A DNA stretch of 64,000 nucleotides, from NCBI GenBank assembly GCA_958009085.1, contig OY253674.1, positions 620,001-684,000 of the forward strand, in the 5' to 3' direction. Under the pieces are notes generated by a model that saw only the letters and a program-made list of their open reading frames with translations, was not told the origin of the DNA and made no database searches. The translations under genes and the position numbers were made by a program. Each line of letters begins with the position of its first letter. Position 1 is the stretch's first letter. This document shows positions 38,101 to 50,301 of the stretch, in pieces. This DNA is from Protoeuglena noctilucae. Taxonomy: Eukaryota.

Positions 38101-38138
38101 CCGATAGGGATACCGTGGATATCTGGTCTGTGGACTGA
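23156..38138 (+). CDS. Very large multi-exon hypothetical protein (or several adjacent genes), Ala/Leu-rich and probably helical
   Basis: A chain of plus-strand exons with GT/GC-AG boundaries, including long open stretches at ~25840-27480 and ~27570-29715. Acidic last exon ends DTVDIWSVD*. No family recognised. Confidence 0.5.
36725..36745. repeat. (ATCGCA)3.5 short tandem repeat, probably intronic
   Basis: atcgcaatcgcaatcgcaatc. Confidence 0.8.
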
Positions 38139-38178
38139 GGGGCGCCGGGGGGCAGCGGCGGCATGCTCTCACTTCCTT

Positions 38179-39618
38179 TCAAGCATGTTCGGATCTGCTT
38201 TGCGTCACGGCTGGCCCAGCGGCCGGCCACGCATCCGCCACGCGCGTAGACGAGGTCCCCTCGAACCCCGACGCCTCCCTGCAGTCCTGCGCCGCGTGGC
38301 CCAGCGCCCGGCAGTTGTGGCACGTCGTGTGGTCGAAGTCGCACTCATCGCCCTTGGCGCACCGCCCGTAGTTGAAGTACCGACAGATGCCCACGCCGCC
38401 AGGGGTGCGCACAACGGGGAAGGATAGGGGGTGGCCGTGGAAGCGACGTCCCATCTGCACACGCTTCCAGTCCGGCCACGTCTCAATGGGCGCATCCGGC
38501 GACACCTCAACCGGACCCCGAGGCCCGGCGGCCCTCTCCGAGAGACGCCTCTGCTCCTCCTCCTCCTCCGAACGCGCGACGGCCGCCTCCACCTCGCCCC
38601 ACCACGCCCGCACGTCGCAGGCGCCGAAACCCTCAGGTTTGCAGCCGTGGGACTCCGCAAACGCCACAGCGCTCCTGAAGAGCTCTTGGGCTTTGACGAC
38701 TGGGGCAAGAGGGACAGAGCTGGGCGGTCAGAGACTGCAAGCGAGACGAAGATGTGGGACAGGCACGCCTCTCCGCTCCACGCACCCACAAGCTCAGGGC
38801 GAAGCTCCCGCTGCACCCAGGGAATGATGTGCGCGAGGGACTTGAGGTCCCTCGTGCCCCGCGAGCGGCGCAGGGAACCACGGCCCTGCTGCCTCAGATT
38901 GCACTCACCGAGGAAAACGTGGCCGGGGCGCCCGGCCAACTCCAGCACGCGTCGTTTCTCCAGCAGACAGTCCACATGCTCAAATCTAAGCTGCAACCAA
39001 TGCCGAGGGGTGGTGAGGCTGACGTGGCAGCGAGCGACTCGTGCCATGGACCATGGCAATGCATTGGGACACACCGTCGGGTAGCGGGCGCGAGATTCCG
39101 TCACGAGCTCCATGCTCGTCTCCAAGCCGATGACTGATGCAGCTCTGTGGGCCAGTACGTTTGTGCAGGCGCCGTAGCTGCTGCCGATTTCCACCACTGC
39201 ACGCAAAGCGCGGCCATTGTGAGTCACGTGCTATGAAACCGGCATGTCTGAGCATTATGCCGCTCTCACCATGCTTTCCCACGACTTGGCTCTTGGCCAG
39301 CGCGCGGTAGTCGTCGGTCGTCCGCACCACGATGACCCGACGCTCGTTGTGGGCGAACAAAAGCTTGTTCAGGCGCGCGGGACGCACATGCGCAAAGCTA
39401 TTCTCCTTATCGAAGTATTGCACGAGGGCGCGGCCCCGGTAGACGGAGGGTTCCTCCACGTCCAGCTTCACGATCCGGGCGAGGCCGGTGGCCGGGTCTC
39501 TGTTCAGCGCCACGAGCACAACCTCGCCAGGAGAGTACTCCACAGGAAAGTCTCGCGACCACAGAGCCCAGCTGTAGCCCTGAGCGTCACGCTCGACGCC
39601 GGGCGACGCGTCGGCCAT
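38179..39618 (-). CDS. Class I SAM-dependent methyltransferase-like protein with N-terminal SH3/Tudor-like segment and C-terminal CCCH + CCHC zinc fingers
   Basis: SAM-binding motif I/II-like VVEIGSSYGACTNVLA...VIGLETS. C-terminus GICRYFNYGRCAKGDECDFDH followed by CHNCRALGHAAQDC. N-terminus YSPGEVVLVAL...RALVQYFD...HVRPARL. Confidence 0.7.
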
Positions 39619-39766
39619 CCACAACTAGTTCGCAAGGGTTAGGGCAGAGCTCGAACGACTTGAATGACGGCCACCCGCAACAACACAAGCAGAAAGGCCG
39701 AATAGATCCGCAGCAGCGCAAGTGGAGGAACAAAGGGCGCTCTGAAACACAAAAGGGGGCCTTCTG

Positions 39767-40958
39767 TCAGAGGAGGGGTTTCCTTGCGCCCCGCAACGCC
39801 TGCAGCTTCTTCTTGTCCTCCTCGAACGCCTTCCGCAGCTCCGCGAGCTCGTTCCTGTGCTTCTCGCGCTGCTGGAATCGATAGAAGTCCTGCAGAGCTT
39901 GGGGCTTCTTCTTCTTCTTCGCCTCCTCCACCCGCTCGGCACGGACGGCCCCAACTGCGGTGCCTCCCTCATCCCTGGTCCGCTTGCGCCCCTTGTGAGA
40001 GACGACCATCGTCCAGCCCTCTTCCTCCATGACCGCGCGCCTCTGCAAAGACACGACGGCTGCTGTCCGCTGCTGTGACGTTCATCCACGCTAGCCGGCA
40101 CCCAGCCGTATGCACCTGCCCCGGCCCCTCCTGGCCCGCAAGTAACACGCACCTGCGCCTCCTTCTCCGCCTTCCTGCGCTCGTTCGCCTCCCACCAATC
40201 GTTGACCTCCTGTTCCAAAGCGCGCTGGTCGGGCTGCGTGGCCGCCAAGGACTCGGTCACCAGCTTGCGAAGGCCGATCGGCCCATCCTCCTCCGTACCC
40301 TCACGCGCCCATCGCGGGCAGTACTCCACCGCCCCCCCGGCCGCAGCGACGTCCAGCGCTTGCCGCGGCCCATCCACGTCTGCGACGCCAGAGCCCGGGA
40401 TGCTTCCACGGCCAGCAACAGCCACAAGGCATCTGCATGCGAACCTGCACCTCGGAGGACCCACCTGCGAAGGCCACCATTCCCGACATCCCCGACGGAT
40501 GCAGCACAGCCTCCGCCACGTCCCCAAACGCCCCGAAGAGATCCTCCAGGTCCCGGGCAAACCACCCCGGGGGCACGTCGTCCACTGCGAGGATGGCGAC
40601 GCAAGTCCTGCTGATGGCAAGGACACCCCTCGGCGCTCACACTGCAGGCGTCGGGGCTGGCTGCTCACCAAAGAGGGCCCTGCCCTCCAGCTCCTCGCTC
40701 CCCCCGTGCAGCTTAATGTACAGCGTCCTGCGAGCGCGGTGGGCCAGGCGGACCTGAGCCAGAAGCCCCGGCTAATCGCGAGCCGCGCCTGCAGACTGCG
40801 CGGGGAGCCCACCTCGGCAGGGGACTAATCTTTGGGTGCACTAGCGTCAGCCGTGAGCATGTCTCTCGCAAACGCTCGTTGTCATGGAGCCGGAGGCACG
40901 GCTCGAAGAGTTCCTGCTCCCGCCGGACGTTGCAGACATACGAGCACGCCGCGCTCAT
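39767..40958 (-). CDS. RRP7: Ribosomal RNA-processing protein 7 homolog (start unresolved)
   Basis: C-terminal EEEGWTMV...QDFYRFQQREKHRNELAELRKAFEEDKKKLQALRGARK. RRM-like N-terminus RALFVDDVPPG...LEDLFGAFGDV. Confidence 0.85.
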
Positions 40959-41263
40959 TGCTCAGGGGTGCTTCGCCGAGGAGCGCGCTGTCCGGCGGCG
41001 GCCACGTTCGCTCACTCGTCGCGGAGGCCACCAGAGCTGGATATCGCGGCGGTCTGAGCTTGTTCTGACATCGCGAAACGTCAGAGCGCTTGCCGACCAT
41101 CAACAGCAGCTCCCCAGCCCCGCATCGGCAAAGTGGTGACCCAACGCTCGGCCCGACGAGTGCAAAGGGATTCCGCATCCTCTTCTGCTCTCTTCGAGCG
41201 CTCCCGGATCCCCGTCACCTCGAGCGGTACCGGCGCCTCGTCCTGTAGGCGTGGGATACGAGA

Positions 41264-41656
41264 ATGACGCTCAGCGCGCAGCAGCTTGCCGCGCTGAAGC
41301 AGGCGCTGGAGAAGGGTCTTGCCAGGCTCAGCAAGCAGCAGATGGGGGCGTGGGCGCTCTCCAACCCCGGTCCCACGAAGGTGAGGGGCTGTACATGCCG
41401 CCGTGAGGGAGCGGGGCACGCATCGGCCGAGGGGCAGCGGGGAGAGGGTCTTTGGAGAGAACGTCCGCGGGGCCAGCAGGCCGGCAGGCCTCGTCCGGCG
41501 CGCTCGCCACTCTGCCTTGGGGCGCATAGGGAGCGAGGTGCTGATCGCGTGAGCTGGGGAACCCAGCCTCCTGCGCTCCCCTGGCCGCAGGTGTCCACGC
41601 TGCACATGCTCGAGCCCTTCGTCAGGGCAGCCAAGGGGCCGGCCAAGAGCAAGTGA
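41264..41656 (+). CDS. Possible small two-exon hypothetical protein
   Basis: MTLSAQQLAALKQALEKGLARL...GPTK, a GT-AG intron, then VSTLHMLEPFVRAAKGPAKSK*. No homology recognised. Confidence 0.3.
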   Translation: MTLSAQQLAALKQALEKGLARLSKQQMGAWALSNPGPTKVRGCTCRREGAGHASAEGQRGEGLWRERPRGQQAGRPRPARSPLCLGAHRERGADRVSWGTQPPALPWPQVSTLHMLEPFVRAAKGPAKSK

Positions 41657-42567
41657 CGCGACCGCAGTGACGTCCATGGTTGATGCCCGTCCCGCGGGTG
41701 AGTTGTGGAGCGAGATCCCGTTGTTTCTGAGCATGGATATGTGCCGAGCTCGATGCTGTCTTGTGCCGAGCTTGCCTCTGGCCTCTTGGATCCGGCCGCT
41801 GATGGCATGGCAGCGCAAAACCTCTTGCACGGCCTCGCCCACGCAGATGAGATGGCGAAGGGCGGGGAAAGAAGGGCGGGGCGCGCGGTCGTGTGAGCGC
41901 CTGAGCATGGGGCGAAGTGTGCGGGACCGTCGCCCTCTGTGCGCGTTTCCAGCGTTTATGTCTCACTGCTCCGCCTAACGATTGGCATGGCTTGGTATTG
42001 ATAGTGGCGGCCCAGTGTGAAATGTCACCCAGACCCCGTCTGCCGTCTTTCTCGCTGTCCCTCCGGCCGGCCCTTTCGCTTTCGGACGAAGGTCGCCAGC
42101 CACGCCCACCGTTCGCTCCGCGGTTGGACGTGCGCCCGCGGACGGATTACCCCCCTGACTGGGTCGCCTTTTTAGCGCCGCCTCGCGCTGTGCGCCGGGC
42201 CAGAGTGCTTCGTTCCGCGCGAAACGCTGATCCCCGCAACCCTCGCGAGAAGCGGCTGCCGATTCGAGGTGAGTGGGGCGTCCCCCGGCGCGGGCGCGGA
42301 TCCGGGCGCGCCTCGCCTTTCCGTGAGCCAGCGGGCGGACCTGGTGGCCATCGATCCGAACGTCTAGGGCCCGGAGCCGCCGAGCGCCTCCCCCGGGGCG
42401 CCCTGGGCGGCCGTCGCGTAACAAGGGTCGTTGCGCCTCGATTCGCCTCCATCGGGCGCGCGAGGGCGACCTCCAGAGCCGTCCTTTGGATTTGCGCGCA
42501 AAGAAAGCGCCTCCCCTTCCGCCTGCAGGCTGTGGCGGGCGGGCCGGCCCGAGTGCTGGGCACCATC

Positions 42568-45500
42568 ATGCAGGCCTCTGCGCCGAACGCCCGGGCGCCG
42601 TGCCGGCTGCCGGGCAGGCATGTTGGAGGCGTCGCGCTGCGGAAGGTCGTCTTGCCGGTGGCGGCGCCCGCGAGGCGGGACAACGCCCAGGTGCGCTTGG
42701 CGCTGGCCCGGAGGAGGCTTGCGGGGAGGGGCGGGTCTGGAGCCCGCCGGCGCAACGCGGGCCGGCCATCGCGCCGCCGGATGGATGTTTTCCTTGCCGT
42801 GACCTCCCGGTGCGCGCCTGGCCGCGCGAGGGCAGGGAGGCGCGCGGGCCCAGCGGGGTCAAGCCACCCGCCGCCTGCCCACTCCCCCCGCCCCGTTGCG
42901 CGAGATGGGGCGCGGTAGCGGCTGGCGGGTCCGCCCCCCGCCGTCGTCACGATTCATACATGACATCCGCGGCTCGGATCCTCCGCAGGCTGCGCTGGGC
43001 GCGAGCGCGCGGGTGAAGGCGGAGGCTCCCGTCATGCAGGTGCGCCGGCCGCCCCGCCGCGTATTTCGGCACGCTGTGCCGCCCGGCCACTCCCGTTTAT
43101 TTGTATGTGTGCCCCGGCGCGCTGCAGACTCCACTATAGCCGGCGATGGGGCGCGCACTCTTGCCTGCAGGCTCAGCCACACCTGCTGCGCGGGGTGTCT
43201 GCCCTGCCCCCGCGGGCCCAGCGCGGCCCCGCTCCGGCGCGCTCCGCCGGCAACGGCGAGGCGGTCCCCGTGACGTCTGACGAGAAGTGAGTTCCGCTGA
43301 TGGGGCCCTGCGCGCGTGGTCGAGCCTGGGGAGGCGCGCCGCCCCGTCAGGCCCTCGCTTCCCTCCGCTTCGCCGTCGCCCCAGCCCGCCGCGTCAGCAA
43401 CTCATTGCCGTGTCGCGAACCTCTGCAGGAAGTTCCTCGGTGTTCCGGTGAACACCTGGAAGAAGGTCCTGCCCCTGGGCCTCATGTTCTTCTGCATTCT
43501 CTTCAACTACACCATCCTCCGCGACACCAAGGACGTGCTGGTCGTCACGGCGCCCGGGTCCGGCGCGGAGGTGCGCTTCCTCGCACTTGCGGGCTGCTCC
43601 TGCAAACACGCATGGGCAGCACCCGCCCCGCCCCACCAGCCAGCGCACCGCGCCGCCATGCCATGTCATGGCAACGTGCCCGCCCGTCGCCGCTCGCAGG
43701 TGATCCCGTTCTTGAAGACGTGGGTCAACCTCCCCATGGCCATCGGGTTCACGGTTCTGTACGCCAAGCTCGCCAACGTCCTGGAGCCCGAGCCCCTCTT
43801 CTACGCCATCATCATCCCCTTCATCCTCTTCTTCGCCTCCTTCGCCTTCGGTGAGTCGGGACACCGCGGCCGGCCCCGCATGCCCCGCCGCTGCGCCCTG
43901 GCAGCTCGACGCGGACCGATTGATGGCCACAGCATCTGATGCCCCTCCTCGACCCCGTCCCCGCAGTGCTGTACCCCATGCGGGACATGCTGCATCCGAC
44001 CGCGTGGGCCCAGAGCGCTTTGGAGACGCTGGTGAGGGGTGGGCAGGGCGGCATCGCGTCAACCGAGCTCGACGCGCTACGCTGTAACGAGCGGCCCCCC
44101 GCGCCTGGCCCACCCGCAGGGCGTGCGTTTCGCGGGTCCGCTCTCCATCATCCGCAACTGGACGTTCGCGCTCTTCTACGTGATGGCTGAGCTGTGGGGC
44201 TCCGTCGTGGTGTCGGTGCTCTTCTGGGGCTTCGCCAACCAGATCACCACCGTGACGGAGGCCAAGCAGTTCTACCCCCTCTTCGGCCTCGGCGCCAACG
44301 TCGCCCTGGTGAGGCGCCGGGGCTCCTGCTTGCGCCCTGTCTACGCCCTGTCTACGCCAAAGCACGGCACAGCGACGCTGCGGCAGTGGCCGCCAACGTG
44401 GCGTTTGAGATCGTCACGGTCACGCCCCCGCCCCTTCCCGCGCCGCAGATCTTCTCCGGTCAGGCCGTCAAGTACTTCTCGGCCATCCGCGCGTCGCTGC
44501 CGCCGGGCGTGGACGGCTGGGAGATCTCCCTGCGCGGCATGATGTCGATGGTTGCCGGGTTCGGCATGGCCATCGCCGGCATCTACTGGTGGATGAACCG
44601 CTCCATCGTGCCCTACGTCGAGAAGCCCAGCTCCGAGGGCTCGCCCGTCAAGAAGAAGAAGAAGTCCTCGATGTCGGGTGAGATAAAGGGTGCTCGGAGA
44701 CCCGGGTGCACGTGGGGTGACGCGAGGTCGAGGGCGTTTGGCGGCGCGCTAGCTCGGCACCCTCCCGCGCTGCGCATCCTGAGCGCCGTCGCTCCCATGC
44801 GCCCCCGCAGTCGGCGAGTCGTTCAAGTTCCTCGCCGCGTCGAGCTACATCCGCAACCTGGCCACCCTGGTGGTCGCGTACGGCATCTCCATCAACCTGG
44901 TCGAGGTGACGTGGAAGTCCAAGCTCAAGGCGCAGTTCCCCAACCCCAACGACTACTCAGCTTTCATGGGTGACTTCTCCACGGCCACCGGCACCGTCAC
45001 CTTCCTGCTCATGATCGCCTCCCGCTTCATCTTTGCCAAGTTTGGCTGGGGCGTCGCTGCCCTCATCACGCCCACGGTGCTCCTCATCACGGGTGAGGAG
45101 CCACGGCTCAGCGTCTCTCAAGGAACCGGCACTCGCATGTCGGCCGCTCGCACCTGTATCCTATAACCATCCTATCGACCTACGCCTTGCCTACCATTGA
45201 CCCCCACTTGTACCATGGTGTGCACGGAACCATGTTGTGTCAATCCTTGTCCGCGTATCTCCCCGTCCCCAGGCATCTTCTTCTTCTCGCTGGTGCTCTT
45301 CTCCAACCAGCTCACGCCCACCATGGCCGCCCTGGGCGTCACGCCCCTCATGGCCGCCGTGCTGGTCGGCGCGGCCCAGAACGTCTTCTCCAAGGCGAGC
45401 GCAGAAGCGCACAGACAATCTGCATGAGAGGCGGACCTGGCTTGGCTCGGCCCGGCCTGCATCGACCCGTACTGTTACCGTAACAACATCGCATCGACCC

Positions 45501-46069
45501 TTGCTCTCACCGTAACTAAGCGTGACTTGGACCCCCGCAGGGCTCCAAGTACTCGCTCTTCGACCCCTGCAAGGAGATGGCGTACATCCCGCTGGACCAG
45601 GAGACCAAGACCAAGGGCAAGGCCGCCATCGACGTCATCTGCAACCCCCTGGGCAAGTCGGGCGGCGCCCTCATCCAGCAGGCCATGATTCTCGGGTTCG
45701 GGTCCCTCGCCGCCTCTACCCCGTACCTCGCGGCCATCCTGGTGAGGCAGCGGACCCAGCAACTGCAGCTCTGGCTTGTTGGCCCCGTGCGTGCCCCGTC
45801 GCGCCCCCGCTGCCTTGGCACTTGCCCGTCGTGACCCCTCGTGACACCCGCGCCCCCGCTTGCAGTTCCTGATCGTGGGCGCGTGGATCAACGCCGCCAA
45901 CTCGCTGAACAAGGAGTTCACGGAGGCCGAGATGGCGATGCTCCGCGCCAAGATGCCCTTGGGCGAGGGCAAGGTGCAGTCCACGGTCAACAAGGAGGGC
46001 TTCCTGGACAGCCAGGTCGTGGAGGAGGCGCCCAAGAGCTCTTCCAACCCGCAGCCCGGCACCGCGTGA
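42568..46069 (+). CDS. AATP1: Plastidic ATP/ADP transporter (TLC/NTT family)
   Basis: Motifs [82 protein letters not shown] and [17 protein letters not shown]...KGKAAIDV. Transit-like N-terminus. Confidence 0.95.
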
Positions 46070-46360
46070 GGCGGCGTCGCGCGAGCGGTGGAGCGCCCCG
46101 CGACGGGTCGGGCGGCGCCGGTTACTTCGAGAGCCCCGGGCGTCAGTTGGGTCCCGGTGGCATTGGCCGGCGCGTCGTGGATGCCGGTCGGGGTGCTTGC
46201 TCTGCGCGGCCTTGCAATCCATGCGCGCTGGCGTGGCCCCTGCCAACAGTTGAAACAGCACATTTCACCGCATGTACAAATCACTCCTGGACCCGTGACA
46301 CACTCGCGTCCTATGAACATGACGCCTGCCCTAACATCTATACGCACGCCCACGACGCGC

Positions 46361-47875
46361 TCATTGGCCCTGCGGCAGCGCCCCGCGGATCTCCTTGGCC
46401 AGCTCGGTGAGCGATGCCAAACCCGCCTGCGAGGATCAGGGACGCGGCGGTGGGCCCGTCGAGCGCAGGCATTGTCGAAAACCCCTCCCCTTACAGCAAG
46501 TCGAGCGTGTGGCCGGCTCACCTCCGCGCTGCCGCTCTCCCCCAGCCGCTTCACGAAGGCGGAGCCGACGATGACGCCGTCCGCACCCCAGCCCGCGATG
46601 GTCTTGGCCTGCTCCCCACCCGACACCCCGAACCCCACAGCGACGGGCTTGTCCGTCACCTCCTTCAGACTCTTGATGAGCCCCTCCACGCGCGTCGACG
46701 CCTCCTTGCGCACCCCCGTCACCCCCGTCACGGACACCAGGTACACGAACCCGCGCGTCTCGCGCGCAATCGTCTCCATGCGGGCCTGCGGCGTCGTCGG
46801 GGTCGCCAGCAACACCAGCTCGATCCCCGCCTCCCGCGCAGCGTCCTGCACCCCCTCCGTCTGCGTCCCCTCCAGCGGGAGGTCCGGGACCAGGAGCCCC
46901 GCCGCCCCGGCCTCCTTGATCGTCCTCAGGTAATTCTTCAGGCCACGCTTGAGGATGGGGTTGAAGTAGGTGAACAGGACCAGCGGAGCCTTGATCTTCG
47001 GCGCCACCTCCCGCACCAGGGCCACCACCTGCGCGAGTGCGAGCGAGGCGAGCTGTATCGGAATGGCAGGCACACCCAGGCCAGCCAAAAGACGACGGTG
47101 CACACGCAGTGCATGCGCACCTTCTCCACCGTGGTACCCTTGTCCAGCGCCCGGACCGCGGCGGCCTGGATCACCGGCCCGTCCGCGAGCGGGTCCGAGT
47201 AGGGCACGCCGAGCTCGATGACGTCCGCGCCCTGCGCGTCCAGCTCCATCAGCGCACGCTTCGTCGTCTCCAGGTCAGGGTCCCCGGCCACGATGAACGG
47301 CACCATAGCAACCCTGCAGTCGCATAGAATATGAGGCACTGACGGCGCGCGCAAGAGCCTGGTGCGGGCCCGGGGTGCGCCAAAAGCCGAGGATTTCTGA
47401 GCGCGCAGGTCGTGGCCACGCTCCGCGCGGAGGTCGCCACTACCGGGGCTCGCAAGGCCTGCCAAGTAACGTTGCGTCCGTTGGCACCGCTGGACAGCAT
47501 ACAAGCCCAGGTCCCGCGCGTCCCGAGCGACGCGACCGCTCGAGACGCAAAAGTGCTGATGGCAGAACTGCATCGCCGCGGCGGCGCAGATGACCCGGCG
47601 TGCATTCCCAGCGCAAAGTCGGGTCCAAGATGCGCGTGATGACGTGCTCACCTTCCCCGCTTCCTGCACTCCTCGAACGCCAGGGACACGGTCCTTGTGG
47701 CCTGAGCCTGCGCCCGGCACCCGACGTGGCGGGCGTCGAGCGTCGCCGGGCTCGCCACATACAGCGGCAAACGAGCGATTGGCATCGCGACGGGCGCACG
47801 GGCGGGCGCCCCCAGCATCCTGCCCGAGGGACGGGCGACGGGCAGCGCCGCGGTGGCAGATACGACGGCCCTCAT
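46361..47875 (-). CDS. TSA1: Tryptophan synthase alpha chain, plastid-targeted
   Basis: Motifs [67 protein letters not shown] and ADGVIVGSA. Ends [10 protein letters not shown]. Confidence 0.95.
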
Positions 47876-48087
47876 CGCGCCCCAAGAATAAATATGTGAC
47901 GAAGAGGCACATGGGCGGGGGCGATGTGGGAATCGAGCCTTATGGAATTCGACTGGCAATACCTGGGGCGGGCAAACGCGAAATCCCATCGTTTTCGATG
48001 GCTGTGATGGCAAGTGCATAGACAGCGGATAGCTGGGCGTGGATGTGCTGTTGCTGCTCTCGGATAGCGCGAGCTCTGTCCAGCCCC

Positions 48088-48758
48088 ATGCCGCGCTTTG
48101 CACTCCAGATCAAGGCAGACCTCACCAACGTCCAGGAGATCCAATGGGACAGGAGTCACCAGTGGTGCATCGACTGGCAGCAAGCGGGTTCTTCTGAGCG
48201 CCGGGACGGGGTCTATATCAGCGCGGACGAGGAGCACGAGCTGAGCGGCTCTCGGGGCACGGCGAACCTGGCCATCAAGTTCGACAAGCACGACAAGCAC
48301 GAGGCGTCCGCTAGACTCGAGCAGGCCCCCGAGAGCCGCGCTTGCAAGGTGCGGGGCCCCGGATACAAGCTCAGGTTGGGCCCCAGTGCTGTTGGCGTCG
48401 CTCTGCGCACTGTGGGCAGCTGTTTGCTTCGACCCGATCCCAGGCTGTGTACCGAGGCGAAGACTCGGGCCAGTGGGTGCCCATCCTTGTGGTGGAGTGC
48501 CGGGGCATGGAGCCGGTCAAGTGGACGCCAGGCGGGGGGTTCAAGGTCGTGTCAGCAGGCAAGGAAAGACCTAGTGCAAGCCTAACGCGTGCAGAACAGC
48601 ACGCTGACTGCTTGCATCCCATCCGATCGAGCGCAGGCGACTCGGGCAAAGTGTTTGAGGACGTCGATCTCTCGGAGGACTGGTGCGAGTACGACGAGGA
48701 CTCGGACCTGTCACTTGAGATCATGGGGCTGGAGTCCCGGTGGGAGACCGTCCGATGA
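48088..48758 (+). CDS. DUF866 / CXXC-motif zinc-binding protein (C1orf123/CZIB) homolog
   Basis: MPRFALQIKADLTNV, ELSGSRGTANL, VECRGMEPV and SGKVFEDVDLSEDWCEYDE across three exons. Confidence 0.85.
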
Positions 48759-48813
48759 GGCACAGCCCGCTGTGGGTGTCGACATTGAAGTTCAACCAAG
48801 CTCGTCTCTGGCG

Positions 48814-50069
48814 TCACACGAGCCAAACGGGCCACTGCGCCCCGGGGGACCTGCGGACCCCGTCTTCGCCCCACCGTGCCGTCCATCCCAGAGGGTCCAC
48901 GGCCTTGCCCCCCACGTACATGCCCCAGTGCAGATGGGGCCCCGTCGAGAGCCCCGTCGACCCCACAGAGCCCAGCACCTGGCCCTTCTGCACGAGGCGA
49001 GCACCCGCCTCTCTGAAGCACATCGCGGTGTCTCACCCATGCGCACGCGCAAGCTGCCTGTGCCACTCACCTCCACCATCGCTCCCTCAGCCACAAATGC
49101 CTCGTTTAGATGCATGTACAGAGTCACCACGCCCTGGCCATGGTCGAGCGCCACTGTGTTGCCCCCCACAGCGAAGCCGTCCCGCTCCCGCCCAACCAGC
49201 GCCACCTTTCCTGCCTGCGGAGAGCGCTGTTCGTTCGCTGCGCCGATGGTGCACTTGCGACCCGGCGCACGCGAGGTGATCCCTCGGGCAGCGCACCTGA
49301 GTCGCGCGCACAAACGTGCCCTGCTCGCACGCGAAGTCCACGCCTTCGTGAAAGTACCCATCGGCGGCTTCGACTCCGTTGTACGACCGCCGTTGCCCGT
49401 ACTCGGCTGTGATGGTGGGGCCGTCATGGTCGTCCACGCGAACCGCTTTGCCTTTCAACTTGGCTCCTTTGCCAACGCCAGCTTTCTCCGCAGGGTGCTG
49501 GGCCTTGCACGGCAGAGCGAAGGGCTCCCCGCGCCAGTGCCGCTCCTGGGTGCGCGACGCCCGCAGGGCCGCATGCGCACGCCTCTCTCGGCCGGCCATG
49601 CGCCACGACGTGGGAGGGCCGCCGGTGATGTCGGCGTGCGGGTACGCACGAGGCGTCACAAAGACCGGAAACCTGCGCGTGGTCACCCGGGATAGTGGGT
49701 GGCGCAGGCAAGGGCGACGGCGGGGCTCGCGGCGCTGCCTGGCCCTCACCTGCGCGTCGTTTGCGCGAAGGGCCAGCACCCGGCAGTGACTTTGACATTC
49801 CACGGCCCCGGCTCGGCGCGAGCGTCAAAGGCCACGAAGCTGCGCCAAAAAGCCTTCGAGGCACGGAAAACCGAGCAGCGCTCTGTGGGGCCGCTCCCAG
49901 GCGGATCCACGTGCACCGCCACCGGATGTCGGCGCAGCAAGGACGACAACTCCCAGGCGGCACGCTCCAGCGGATTGCTGGGCGGCAGGAGGGCGACCAG
50001 CAGTGCAACTGTGGAGCCCTGCGGGACGTGGGTGCTAGAGACAAAAATGTCGGGCTCTGGGCCCGGCAT
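48814..50069 (-). CDS. M23 family metallo-endopeptidase, cyanobacterial type (start uncertain)
   Basis: [13 protein letters not shown]...YFHEGVDF (HxxxD), [35 protein letters not shown] and [15 protein letters not shown] (HxH). Interrupted by spliceosomal introns. Confidence 0.88.
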
Positions 50070-50301
50070 CGTCGCAGGGTGCTTGAAAGCTTGGTGCACG
50101 ATGCGTTAGGGATGCGCTAGCATCGTGCAGGGATCTCAAAGGGCGGCAGGGCACGGACTGGCGCAGGTGCCTGAAGCGTCAGGCCCACCAGCGGTTGACC
50201 TGGCCAGTTCTTTCGATGTGCACTAAGCTTGCCGACATAGCGACGCATTAACGCTGCCAAGAGCCTGTTCCCGTTGCCATCGGGATGGCGAGCAGGGAGG
50301 A

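Noticed and set aside
40760..40860. In-frame TAG upstream of RRP7 (and TGA TAG at ~16944 in the AP2 gene) as possible stop-codon reassignment
   Set aside because: TAA and TAG clearly terminate other genes here (CHLI2 TAA; DEG15 SRL-TAG; kinase TAG). Intron acceptors are a simpler explanation.
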